DNA of 63,192 nt, counting the filler, from Globobulimina sp. (taxonomy: Eukaryota): NCBI GenBank assembly GCA_003354225.1. It is 43 parts of 43 records of this genome, joined end to end, with 100 filler letters (N's around TTAATTAATTAA, not from the genome) between each part and the next. Parts side by side here need not be neighbours in the genome. Positions count along the whole stretch, not along the records: positions 23,562 to 24,933 come from PIVH01017757.1; positions 25,034 to 26,405 come from PIVH01017758.1; positions 26,506 to 27,877 come from PIVH01017759.1; positions 27,978 to 29,349 come from PIVH01017760.1; positions 29,450 to 30,821 come from PIVH01017761.1; positions 30,922 to 32,293 come from PIVH01017762.1; positions 32,394 to 33,765 come from PIVH01017763.1; positions 33,866 to 35,237 come from PIVH01017764.1; 35 more parts are not named here. One strand, 5' to 3'. Made by a program: the position numbers and the translations under genes. Within the stretch, counting starts at the first letter, position 1. Each line of letters starts with the position of its first letter. A model generated the notes under the pieces. It saw only the letters and a program-made list of their open reading frames with translations. It had not been told where the DNA came from and ran no database searches. Below are positions 24,718-37,206 of the stretch, one piece after another.

Positions 24718-25787
24718 TACTATTCTTATTTCAATTATTTTACTAAATTTTTATTTATATTTTTTCAATCTTTTTTTTGCTTTGCTTTTTTTTGTTTTTG
24801 CTTTGTTTTGTTTTTTTTGTTTTAATTTTATTTATCATTCCCTTTTTGTCTCATGAAGTGCTTGTTATCACCATGTCTTATGTACTCTTGTATGAAAGAG
24901 CAAATTTTAGTTAAATCGTCGAACTCATTTAGTNNNNNNNNNNNNNNNNNNNNNNNNNNNNNNNNNNNNNNNNNNNNTTAATTAATTAANNNNNNNNNNN
25001 NNNNNNNNNNNNNNNNNNNNNNNNNNNNNNNNNTGCGGTCGAAAATGTTCAGGTAAAATAGATTTCTTTTCAATTTATATTTTATAATAGATTTATATGT
25101 ATTTCATTCAAATTTGTGTTACAAAATCACAGGGAAAACAGAAAAATTGGCTCGCATTGTTGCTAAATGTTGAGTAAATGTTTCGCACCAAAACAATTCT
25201 GGTTGTTTTGCTAAATGTTCCGAAATTTGTTCAGATCATAACAAAAACAAAACATTTATGTAAACATTGTGCGTTGTTTTGAATCGAAACAATTTCTGAA
25301 CAAGCACAGAACAATTACAGTTGTTCTGCTATTATGGTAAAAGGAAGTTCACAAAATTCGAAATTTACTATACAAATATGAATATTAACAATACAATTTT
25401 TTGTATCAATGTAACATAGTTACTACTGGAAATGGACAGGATCAGGTTATTCCCATGCACGACATGTCTACCCGCGAGAGCCAGTTTTGGGACAAAAGAA
25501 ACAAAGCCAAAATCCAAAAAAGTCCAAATTCAAACATTGATGTTTTTTGGAAAATTTAACTTAGAGCCATAATTGAACTTATTTCATTTTAAACAGAAAT
25601 TATTCAATTCAACTATTCAAAAACTTCGAACTATCGCATAATTCAGGAATTGCTCATGCTATTGGCTTGATATTTTAACACAAAAAACTTGTCGAGAAGA
25701 AGTGGAGAAGTTCAAGGAAAAATCTTAACCAAATCAGTTGAATGTTGGCTAACCTACGTTATAAGTTTTGCTTTGGGTGTCATATTA

Positions 25788-25940
25788 GGGATCATTCAAA
25801 AACAATGTTGTCCATGCAGGGTAGGGTTCAGCCAAAAGACAACAGGTAAAACAGGGCAAAAACACGATATTTTTGACAACAAAGGTGGTTAGGGGTCTAA
25901 ATTTGGCATTTTTCTGTTAATGTCGTTTTTGAATTGTCCC
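25788..25940. mobile_element. PIF/Harbinger (Tourist)-like MITE, 153 bp
   Basis: Termini GGGATCATTCAAAAAC and reverse complement GGGACAATTCAAAAAC match at 14/16; TTA flanks both sides (25785-25787, 25941-25943). Confidence 0.6.
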
Positions 25941-26505
25941 TTAAATGAGACATATATGTATATCGAAGTTGCAGGTATAGTGCAAAGAACAGTTTGCAGA
26001 AAAATTGGAGAAAAAACAGTCAGGGCCATTGCGATATATATGGTACTTGATAGTGTTGGAACGTGTATACTGTAGAGGTGTGCATGAAACAGTAGCTAAT
26101 TATAACTCACACACTGGTCACCGCATTTGACCAGTGTGTATTTTATATTATAGAATGGACAGTAGACTGCTTGATGGTTAACAACAATTAATTCCATCTT
26201 CTATCCAGTCATTATGTAATGAGTAGTAATGTCATTAGTCAATGTTCTATACACACCTCTATAATACACGTTCCATCTCTAGTACTTGATCGATACACGG
26301 ACCTGGCATACATGATATGGTACCCTTTCGCGCCAAGTGGTATCATATTTGGTACCAGAACCATGCATGGACCCAGTACCATATGGTACCCTTTCATAAC
26401 TCAAANNNNNNNNNNNNNNNNNNNNNNNNNNNNNNNNNNNNNNNNNNNNTTAATTAATTAANNNNNNNNNNNNNNNNNNNNNNNNNNNNNNNNNNNNNNN
26501 NNNNN

Positions 26506-27598
26506 TGACTGAGTTCATGATGTTTGCCATTTTTAGACTAAATAATAACAACTGAGGTGACAATAATGGCGCCTGCCAGCCTTTAAAATTAAATGATTCA
26601 AACTGATCCCGTATAAAACCTTGACCATTATTATAACCCGCATGTTCTGCGGCCGCTTCAAGTAAGCCAACGCACGTATATTTATCATCAATTCCACCTT
26701 TTTGAGCGTAAGGACTCATTGACTCAGTGAGACTTAATATACTGCTAAAATCAGGGTAACGAAAACCTGAACCAGCAGCTAATTTATTTTGAATAAATGT
26801 TTGCATTGAGGCTGTAAATTCGTCATAATCCAAGCTAATTTCTTCCAAATCTATAACTGGGGAATTTAAAGTTGTTGAATCATGTTGGAATGTACCAACA
26901 ATATGTTGTGCTTGCACGCCATTTATTTGTGTCATAGTTATTTGTTTTGTGTTGTCAGCATTAATATAAATACCGCTGCCGTAACCAGGGTGTGATTCGT
27001 AAACAACATCATTGAATTGGATCGCTGTATGATCAAAGCCAGGGATTAAATCACCTTTAAAAAACCAAAAGCCGTCGTTGTTATTTGCCTTTTCGCGAAA
27101 TAATATGGATACATTGCTGCACCAATATTTAACGTTATCTATGGCATATCCTGCGGGCTCCTCTTCAAATATACTCATTTTCCAATCTGCTACACCTGGC
27201 ACGTCAACAATAAATGTTTCAATGCCATACTGCGTATTTGATGCTTGACCTAATTTATTGCCTTCTTGGTCGTAATATTCTAACCGAGTCGAACCCAACG
27301 CATTAAAATATCCCGCATCAATTTGAAATGATACTACAGGGATCGAAAAATGTGCACCTATCATGCCTTGGAACTGAGGAGTTCCTGATAAAACAGGAGA
27401 AGTTGGATTGGCGCCATCCGTGGAAATGAATGGATTATCGCCGGTAAATATTATTCCTCGTGAGGAATATTGATCTGTTATTGTTGTATTTAGTGGGTAT
27501 TCTGAAAATGTTATCGTTGTTTCATCACAACTACTTTCTGCACTATTTATATACCACCAAATAACTACCATCAAATAACCACATGTATATATACACAT
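26506..27598 (-). CDS. Secreted protein with beta-rich N-terminal domain and permuted papain-like (YiiX/YaeF, NlpC/P60-type) domain
   Basis: Hydrophobic N-terminus; His motif GFDHTAI....VYES precedes Cys motif YTCVGLLEAAAE..G; no intron seen. Confidence 0.55.
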
Positions 27599-27977
27599 AA
27601 TTTGTGATTTGATATGGACGTTAACGTTGTTTGTCTGAGCTTGGATGTGGATTTGGGATGACTGGAGATGAAAATTGTGAAATGTACTACAGTTTTTTTT
27701 TCAAGGAAATGCCAGTGACGTGGCACCAATTAATAGCACATGACATGCAAAGAATTATTAATAATATGATAAATTACAAGTTATTGTGCATATCGTAAAA
27801 GTACAGAATCTCCATTCCTTAATCCATAGATCAAATCCAAATCAACATCAAACGGTAAAATAGCTTTTGTTCGAACANNNNNNNNNNNNNNNNNNNNNNN
27901 NNNNNNNNNNNNNNNNNNNNNTTAATTAATTAANNNNNNNNNNNNNNNNNNNNNNNNNNNNNNNNNNNNNNNNNNNN

Positions 27978-28155
27978 AATCTTTTTTTGAATCAAGAAAT
28001 TGCATAGTATCGATTACAATTTCAACTTTAAATCTTTTTTTCCCTTCCTGGTCTTCCCATCTCTTTTGTCTCAATTTTCCTTCAATAGCAATTTTACTGC
28101 CTTTATGACAATATTGAGCTATGATCTCAGCAAGTTTCGACCATGCTATGCAGTC
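27978..28155 (-). CDS. ssb: Bacterial single-stranded DNA-binding protein fragment
   Basis: FDCIAWSKLAEIIAQYCHKGSKIAIEGKLRQKRWEDQEGKKRFKVEIVIDTMQFLD is the second half of the SSB OB fold. Confidence 0.9.
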
Positions 28156-29349
28156 AAAATACTGTGCTGCAGTTTTATCATTTTGAATAGTTATTACTAT
28201 CCCATCCCCACTCTCTTGCGACGCAAACATAACTGCTGTTTCATAACTTAATGTCGTAGAACAAGGTCCACAAAATCGTTCTCGCACACCTTTAAACACC
28301 ATACACCGTGCAATACCGTGATAAAACTTGGAAATTTGGGAAAATGTCAACGTTGTACCAAAACACTCCACTGTTTCGCGCAAATAACGCCCCCAATGTG
28401 CATACACAGAATGCCTTTGTTTCAATGCTTCATCGCTCTCTGTTTCCGATAATCTCCTAAATGTAGCTGAAAATGCTGCTGATAGTTGCGTAAAATTACA
28501 ATACAACAACAATGATAATATATGTTTGACACTAATAGTTGAACCTACAGCCACATCATAGACAGCTTCCCATTTCGGGTTTGCACCGAGAACATTATGT
28601 TTGTTTGTATCGTGTTTCCATTTTGCTTTAATTTGTGTGTTCTTCAACTCAAATAAAGATATTTTTGTCAATCCATTTAATACTTCTTCTTTCATTGATT
28701 TATATTTTGGATGAATGTACCAAGACGAATACGTATAGTTCCTCCCACCGTCAATATCAATGTTTCCATCCTCGGGATAAATACCTAGCAAAGTCATGCT
28801 TTTGTTTGTATTATTTTTAAAATATGAATGATAATAATATCTAACCCCTGGAGAATACGTCGAATATTCTGAATTTTTGTTTTCTTCTTTTTTTGCTTCA
28901 TTGGTTGGGACTGATTTTGTCTTAATGTGTGTCACAAATTTGCTCCAACGATTGGGTCCATACAAGTTTCGCAGTTTTTTATTTTTGTGCTGGAGGTTAC
29001 AAATAATTTGCTTTATATTTTTATTTTGATGCAGGAAACGCAAACCTAAATCCGTAAGATGGTATTTATGACAATGTAATTGGTCTAACATTTGACATAT
29101 AACAATGGACCGATCAGATGTACATTGATGATATAAATTGGTTCTGTTTTTCAGGTTATTGTCATATTTATTTTTATCACGAAATATACGTTGAATAAAA
29201 TTACATTTTTGTAAATCACATCGATTAACATTTTGCTGAAAAGGAACACTTTCATCTTGAACATATTTAATAAAATCAGCGATAAAATAATTGATTTTTT
29301 TATTCGGATAAAGTTTGGATATTACACTAAATAAATCATTATCTTTTGT
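28150..29349 (-). CDS. ADP-ribosyltransferase-fold family member 2 (truncated by a chimeric junction before ExE)
   Basis: PKYKSMKEE, LLLYCNFT.LS..FS.TFRR, WGRYLRETVECFG, FYHGI, GPCSTT, GIVITI, YFDC; frame open from the contig end. Confidence 0.7.
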
Positions 29350-29537
29350 NNNNNNNNNNNNNNNNNNNNNNNNNNNNNNNNNNNNNNNNNNNNTTAATTA
29401 ATTAANNNNNNNNNNNNNNNNNNNNNNNNNNNNNNNNNNNNNNNNNNNNTTTCATCAATTTCTTCAGTCACGCTCATCCTGTCATAATTCTTGCAGACTG
29501 TCGGTGTTTGAGAATTAATCAGCAATATTTATATTTA

Positions 29538-30282
29538 ATGGCATTTCAATTTAATGTGGCTAATAATGGCAGGAAAAGGCAAAGAAGAATGAGTGAAGAT
29601 AGCAATCATTCGTGCGATTTAAGTGGAAAGATTTCAAATTTACAAAATGTAATCGGTAATTTATTAATTAGGGCAGAAACTGTTCCGCCAAAAAGATTTA
29701 TTCATGATCCACCATCACATTCGCGGCATCATTTAAATTTCAATAAAGTAACATTTAAAAATAAAAATAAAAATAAAAGTAATGCAAATAAATACGTATG
29801 TAAATTGTAAAATAAATTGTATCTTTTTGATTTAATCTAAAATTAAATAGGTTTCATTTCAATTGAATAATAATGATAATAATAATAATAACAATGAAGA
29901 AGAAGAAGAACAAGAAATTGAAACAATAATCTCAGAGAATGATAAATATAAAAATGAAATTGATTTAATGTTCCATTCAAAAGAAAGAAAATTAAAAAAT
30001 GAGAAATGGAATGAAAATGAAAAAGAAACTCAAAAATTATTGCAACAAAGTCAAGAAATATTAAATGAAATTAAAAATATTGATATGATATTAATTAATA
30101 ATTCATTTAAATTAAAAAATGATTGGCTACGAATTAAAAATCAACAAAAGAAAATTGAAATGAATTCGGCAATAATTTATAATAAAATGTGTCAAATTGA
30201 AAATAAAAAATATAAACAACAATATAAAATTAATGCATTTTTAACAGTACTCAAAGAAACATATAACAACAATCAAAAATAA
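29538..30282 (+). CDS. Low-complexity coiled-coil protein, intron 29796-29850
   Basis: The 55-nt GT-AG intron joins NKY|VSFQLNNN in frame. Confidence 0.55.
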
Positions 30283-30921
30283 TTAATGAATTACATATTC
30301 TTGACTTTATTTATTTTATTATTCTGACTGTTTGTTTTTTTGATTCCGATCCAGGTTAAATAAACCTTTTCGTTTGCACCTTTTCGTTTGCACAGGATCA
30401 GAGTCATCAGACACTCACAGATTGCTTAACTATCCGATGACACTGAAGTTGAATATAATATTTGATTTTAAAGCAATTTATAAACACTTCTTTTATGATT
30501 GGGGAGCTGTCACTAAATGTCGTGTTGCAAAAAGCTTTAAAAAAGTGTGAACCTAAAAAGAGCAATTAGATATCCGGCGTTTATCTGACTCTGAACTAGT
30601 CAGATTTCACATGAGTTCAGCTGAGCTCACATTATTTCGAGTGCGGTGATTGAGTCTTAAGGAGTTTTGAGCGTAAATCTTTTTTCCCTGATCGAGTCAC
30701 TTTTTTTGGAAGGAAAACAGGTTAAAAATATAATGTTAAAAGAGCTGCCCATCTAGTGAATTCATTGGATTCTTAGTGAACATTTTTAAGGTTTTTCATA
30801 TAATGTTAAAAACGAAAACTCNNNNNNNNNNNNNNNNNNNNNNNNNNNNNNNNNNNNNNNNNNNNTTAATTAATTAANNNNNNNNNNNNNNNNNNNNNNN
30901 NNNNNNNNNNNNNNNNNNNNN

Positions 30922-32288
30922 GAGATGCAGATATTTTAAATCCAAACTTTTGTTTATTTCCAGTATTCCAATTAAAATATTCAAATATGAACTCATTCAA
31001 ACAGATAATGATAAAAGTGAATGATAACAATGATATTCAAAATAAACAATATATAAATGAATTGATACACAGAGTAAAAACATTATTTTTATCAGAAATT
31101 GGAGCAAATGAATATTTTCATATTATTGATGCTTTTGGTTTGCTTGAAAATATAAATGAAATGTTGAGTGAATATAAAAATATGTTAATATGTGGAATTA
31201 AGCTAAATAATAATATTTTAATCTGTTTATTACATCATTTAATTCGTAATGGAGAAGCTCAAAATGTTGCTGGTATTTGGAATGATGTAATCAAACAAAA
31301 TATAATTATAAATTCATTGGCATTTCAATCATTAATATTATGTGTGAATAGATCGAGAAATGTGGATAATAATAATATATTGCTCACGATGTGGAATTTT
31401 ATTGTCAATCAACAAAAATTGAAACCAAATTTGCATTGTTATTGTTTGGCTGTTTTATCATTTTCAAAATATTCTGATGTGGAAAATCGTAATATGGCAA
31501 AGCAATTATTGTCTGATTTAGAATCAAATAAAGAAATGATGTGTTTGTTAGCCGCAAATAATTTACAATTGATTCAAATACTAAACAGCTATGGAAATCT
31601 GAATGAAGTTAATAAAATGTGGTCATTTTATAACGATTATATTGAAAAATGGAACAATGGCAAGCATGATATTTATGCATTGATAGTTTGTGCCTCGAGC
31701 GAAATATCCAAACATGAATTGAATGATATTTTAAATATTATCGATAATGACAAATATTTTAATTTGAATAAAGATTTGTCCATTGATCAATTGATTGTGT
31801 TCCATCGCATTGCAGTAAAATGCAATCATACAATACAAGAAAAACTATGGTCCATTTTACAGCGCAAAGCGGAAAAAGAAAAGATAAAAACAAATGTTTT
31901 CTCTTTTTTTGAATTAAATGGAAAACGATATTCAATCTCCACAGGGTATGAGATTGGTGGCTGTTTATTCAATTCCAATGACAGAGTCGACGCTTTGATA
32001 AAAGAGATTGGATATGATATAAATACATCGGATTGCACAGAATTATCATCAGAAATTGCAAAGAAAAAACATTTAAAAAGTCATTCGGAAAAGAAAGCAT
32101 TGGCCATATTATTAAAACAAGAACAAAACACTAAAGAGATAAAAATCAAAGTCTCGAAGAAAATGTGTATAGATTGTCATCAATTCTTTTGCCAAGTATC
32201 TAAAATCTACAATCAACACAATATTCAATGTGTAGACCCGAAAGGCATCCATCTCTTCAAAAATGGAATTTGCTGTTTGTGCAATTAA
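30922..32288 (+). CDS. Pentatricopeptide-repeat protein with C-terminal DYW-type cytidine deaminase domain (5' truncated)
   Basis: About 35-aa helical repeats (FHIIDAFG....INEM..EYKNM...GIKLN; KPNLHCYCLAV.SFSK; ILNSYGNLNEVNKMW.FY), then S.FELNGK, GY, HSEKKALA, KVSKKMCIDCH.FF..VS, D.KGIHLFKNGIC. Confidence 0.88.
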
Positions 32289-32394
32289 CGACGNNNNNNN
32301 NNNNNNNNNNNNNNNNNNNNNNNNNNNNNNNNNNNNNTTAATTAATTAANNNNNNNNNNNNNNNNNNNNNNNNNNNNNNNNNNNNNNNNNNNNG

Positions 32395-32502
32395 AAACTT
32401 GTTAAAGAAATCAATGACAAACACGATTTAAACGATATTGGAATTACTTTGAAAGCGCATCAAATTGCAATTATGAATCATATCAATAAATTGAAACAAT
32501 AG
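32395..32502 (+). CDS. SAM-domain C-terminus of a truncated gene (not in the ORF track)
   Basis: KLVKEINDKHDLNDIGITLKAHQIAIMNHINKLKQ* fits the DL..IGI....H...I...I..L pattern. Confidence 0.6.
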   Translation, partial: KLVKEINDKHDLNDIGITLKAHQIAIMNHINKLKQ

Positions 32503-32595
32503 ACATGGTTGCGTTGTTTGCCATGTTTGTTTATTATATGTTGCATTTGTTTGTCATGTTTGTTACATGCATTTAAATCAAAGTAATTAACACAC

Positions 32596-33765
32596 TTATT
32601 TCGGTGGCCATATTCTTTGACTTTCTGTCAATTTATTATTTTTGCAATTAGTCATAGACACAGATTGGCTTCTCTTTGTCCAATATTTTGGATTAAATAT
32701 TTTCGGAATTATCAATCTATGAACAGGTCTTGTTTTTGAGCAATATGTTTCCCTCTTATTGTCATTGTCAGTCTGTTGAAAAACAGATGGAATATGAACA
32801 TAATTGTAATTATACTCTTTCGTTGCTTTTAATTCCACTTTAAATGTTTCAAAGAGTGCATATTCATTTTTAAACTGTTTGAACTTTGGACTTGCTTCAA
32901 ATGGTTTTATTTTATTGCCTTGTAATTGATGACCAGCACATTTATCATTTAATCCTTTATTGTCAACCATCTGTTTACTGATTGAACCATCATCATTTAC
33001 CTCAAGAATCATATGAACATTACATGTGACTGACAAATATAGCTTATGTCGTCTTATTTTTATCATTCACATCTAATTATATATAATTATGCGTTTGATG
33101 GATCATTTATTCTTCACATTACCGCACAACAATGACAACACGGACATGCAGCAGAACCCCTATCCCGATTATCTGTCGACAAAACGCGAGGCCTCACATC
33201 TCCATCACGGCAATGTGATCGTCGCATTCGTAACACGTCCATCAGGGCAATCCGATTACTTTTTTCTGCAATGCGTATCATAATTTCGCAACTTTTCTCA
33301 TTCATATTAATTTTCCCCATCCAACACAACCGATCAATGAAACGAATTAATTCATTATCATTGTAACCCAAACACAATGCGGTTTCAAATACAACCTTTG
33401 CATCAAATATATGTTCATCTGTCAATAACTCCTCTTCTTTTTGCATTACTGTCGGAAATTGAGTTTGTATCAACGAATCCAAAGTACAGCTCAGCAATCT
33501 TGAGATAATAAAATGTTTCGCAGCATCGCTTATTGGTATTTTATGAATTATGAATTCTTGTAAAAGATATTTATTCGGAAAAACTATTCTCCACAATCTA
33601 TTAAAACTGAAAGCATCACACTTTTTGTCTTTCATCCAAATAATAGGCGGTAGTAATTCGGCCAAAACTGCTGCGACGTCGACAGGATTTGGAGGGAATG
33701 GAGTACCAAAACGTAATGGTGTGCTACTTTCGACTGGTGATCCGAGAACACTTCGTGGCGATACT
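32596..33765 (-). CDS. Hypothetical protein, probably spliced near 33070-33122
   Basis: Two adjacent same-strand ORFs separated by an AT-rich gap; Cys cluster CPCCHCC. The exact splice was not resolved. Confidence 0.4.
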
Positions 33766-34402
33766 NNNNNNNNNNNNNNNNNNNNNNNNNNNNNNNNNNN
33801 NNNNNNNNNTTAATTAATTAANNNNNNNNNNNNNNNNNNNNNNNNNNNNNNNNNNNNNNNNNNNNTCCTTTATTTGGTCAATCTGTTTATTTATAAATTA
33901 CAATATTTAGTTTAGTTTTTTTGTATTTCTCTCAAAATAACTTATGTGCAAGGATAGATATATAGTGTCTACAGAGCTGTGCAAGGATACCAATTAATAG
34001 AAACGTTTTGATATGCGTAATTGACCGCCTCGTAACCACTCCTTAATACTATCCCTTGTAAATCTTAATATTGGCCTAATAACATCCAAATATTTACGCT
34101 TTAAGAATTCATACGGGAATCCTGTTAAGCTAATAAATTGCGATGCATTATTTAATGATAATGCGGCTGTTGATATTAACGGTTTCCTGCGTTTATATTT
34201 TGCAGCGAAAAGCCGTGGCTCGACTAAATATAATGATACTAACAATAATAGCATCAATATATTACGATGTGAGACTGGCATAGTGCCGATTTGCAAGGTG
34301 TTTGATAAGTTCAGTACTTTAAAAAAAAACCTTTTCAAACGCAAAATAAATTCAGTACATATCGGACACCCCTATTAAGTATTTACCACAGCTGATATCG
34401 CT

Positions 34403-35237
34403 ATGATGCTATCAGCTGACAATTTACCAACTAGTCGCAGTTCGGGCATTGAATTGGTCCACATAAACGTCGACCAGCCTGCCAAAAAAGGAGATCCAAA
34501 CATATTATTGGAATCTAAGTTCGATGATATCGATTTAATTGATTTACCGAAAGATGGTGATTTTTCAAAAGGTGATCAGATTACGAAAAATAAAATCGAC
34601 AAAGATATTTTTTTTCGTTTGAAAAAACGTGTTACAAATAAAAGAAAATCTACTTTTTGTGCTGCGTTTAGTGTCTGTCTATTAATATTATCCATAGTTT
34701 TGTTATTAACTCCGCTGACAAGCAAATTACTCGACGATTGGAAATTATTCAAATATTCAATATCTGCTCAATGTAGAATTATATCATCAAATACTACAAA
34801 TATTACTAATACGCATAATAATAATAATAATAATAATAATGTCGGTGTGTGTTATTATGAATATGTCTATGAAACCATTGATGGTCATCCATTCACAGCA
34901 AAATGTGGCAACAAACTGCACGGAGTCGTACCATGTGACCATGACAATGACAATGACAATGACAATGACAATGACAGTGCTAATAATAATAATAATGAAT
35001 GTTATGTTGTAGACAATGATAAATGTGACGGCGCAATGATGAATACCTTACAATTACAACGCCACAAGGATCTATTTGTAATATTATTATGTATCGGTTC
35101 ATTTTTTGCGGTTATGACCGTATTATCGTCAATATATTCAATTGTTTTAATTCGCTCATCGGGAATATATTGCAGTATTATGTCTTTACAAAAAGATGAC
35201 GACAAATTATGCAAATTAATGCAGACAATTCGCCAAA
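34403..35237 (+). CDS. Two-TM protein with Cys-containing extracellular loop and Asn/Asp microsatellite tracts
   Basis: Two hydrophobic helices; in-frame (AAT)n and (GACAAT)n runs. Confidence 0.6.
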
Positions 35238-35337
35238 NNNNNNNNNNNNNNNNNNNNNNNNNNNNNNNNNNNNNNNNNNNNTTAATTAATTAANNNNNNN
35301 NNNNNNNNNNNNNNNNNNNNNNNNNNNNNNNNNNNNN

Positions 35338-36317
35338 ATTAAAATAGCGCATGCTATGCTTGATGTTAAACAGTACGAACTAACAGGTTACAGTATAAAT
35401 TATATAACATTAAAATATATGAATAATAAAACCTATAACATTTTTTTACTAACTAGGCCATGAAAAATATTGTTTGACCGGGGAGCAAATGGAAGGGAAA
35501 TTGTTGGATTTTAATGGAAACGAAATCAAACATTTCAATAAAAATGAAGCATTAATAGTGAGTTTGTCTGAGATATTGTTAGCATCAGGAACAGATTTAT
35601 CACATTTAAGGTATAGTATTATCCATAATATACCAAATTGCATTAAAATGATATTATTTAAGTGATGCAGTGGATAATAATGGGAGCATTTATTCGGGTG
35701 AGAGTATGAGACATAGTGGAATATTATTAATGGTGTTAATAAATTATGACAACACATATTCGACACATAAAAGAAATCCCAAATATACAATGAAAGTGGT
35801 AAGAATTGAACGTGCGGAATACAAAGTAACTGAGACAATATATTATAATCAAACATATCGAATGACGCGGGATCGGCATGGTGTTTATATATCATTTGTT
35901 CAGGGAGGAAGAATTGGAAAATTTAATTTTCAAACTTCATTAATATCATTAGTGGCTAGTTTGGGTTTATTAGGAATAAGTACATTGATTATTGATAGTT
36001 TAATGATACATTGTTGCAAGAAAAAGAAAAGTTATTTTAATGATAAATATAATTACACCAAAGAATATGCAAAGGATCCAAGTTTGAGAAATCTGACACA
36101 TAGAAAACATAAAAGTACCACTGATGATGATGAAAATTTATTTGAACCAGGTGGTGGTGGTGGTGATGATGATGATGATTATGATGAATTGTCAAAGAGA
36201 GCATATTATGCGATAAATGCTCCTGTAGATGATAATGACAATAATATGCCACCAGTAACAAGTAATTATAATGTTGGTAATATGTATGGTAACAACGCCA
36301 ATAAATTTCGCATGTGA
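35338..36317 (+). CDS. P2X-type ATP-gated ion channel, C-terminal half (introns 35387-35456, 35611-35662)
   Basis: RHSGILLMVLINYDN, RDRHGVYISFVQGGRIGKFNF...LISLVASLGLLGISTLIID (pre-TM2 and TM2). Both introns restore the frame. Confidence 0.85.
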
Positions 36318-36855
36318 CAATCATTGCATTGTTTTTGAATAACTCATAAAAATTATTGAAACAATTGTTTTCCATCATGTGCAAGGATAAGAATTGATGG
36401 TAGTTTTTAAATCAAGGGCCATTTGAGATTATTTTTGTGATAAAACTCGTCATCGTTTTGTTGTGAAAAATAAACGTTTCTGTCACTGTCAACATGCTCA
36501 TTCTTGATAGGAATTTCTCTGCGTAAATGCGGATCGACCCATCCAACATCGGACTTATAAATTCGTTTCCGCTCATTTCCTAATTTCCGAATGGTTGCAC
36601 TTAATCTCCGAAACGATAAATCACGTTTCAAAACTCCTTTGTTTTGCGGGAGAAACACTAATTTATGTTTGGTTATTCCATGCCTCCATTTGTAGCGACA
36701 GTCATCTTTNNNNNNNNNNNNNNNNNNNNNNNNNNNNNNNNNNNNNNNNNNNNTTAATTAATTAANNNNNNNNNNNNNNNNNNNNNNNNNNNNNNNNNNN
36801 NNNNNNNNNGTCACCCACTCACCCACTCACCCACATAATTTTAATAAAACCGCAA

Positions 36856-37206
36856 TTGCAAAAATCCGATGCAGCAATAAAATACATTATAAAATCCGAA
36901 ATTATAACCTTAAAAAGATTATTAGCAACGCATAAAAATGTGCCAATGGTGAAAGGTTTTGATATATCGCAAGAAACAAACGTCTGTTGCTTAAAATTAC
37001 CAATTTGTGGACATTTGTTAAGTCCGCGGAGTTTATATGAATATGGTTTAGCACAATTTATAAACCGGGAAGAAAAAATAAAATGTCCACATACCAACAC
37101 CGCAACAAATCATACATTATGTGATATAAAAAAGCAAGCAGCAAATAAAAAGTTGTACAAATGTATATGTATAATATTATCAAAACAACAAATCACCAAC
37201 AAATAA
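36856..37206 (+). CDS. Possible degenerate RING/RBR-like fragment
   Basis: LPICGH....SL..Y........IKCP. Confidence 0.35.
   Translation: MQKSDAAIKYIIKSEIITLKRLLATHKNVPMVKGFDISQETNVCCLKLPICGHLLSPRSLYEYGLAQFINREEKIKCPHTNTATNHTLCDIKKQAANKKLYKCICIILSKQQITNK

Noticed and set aside
30364-30393. Tandem duplication ACCTTTTCGTTTGC x2
   Set aside because: A simple local duplication with no further structure.
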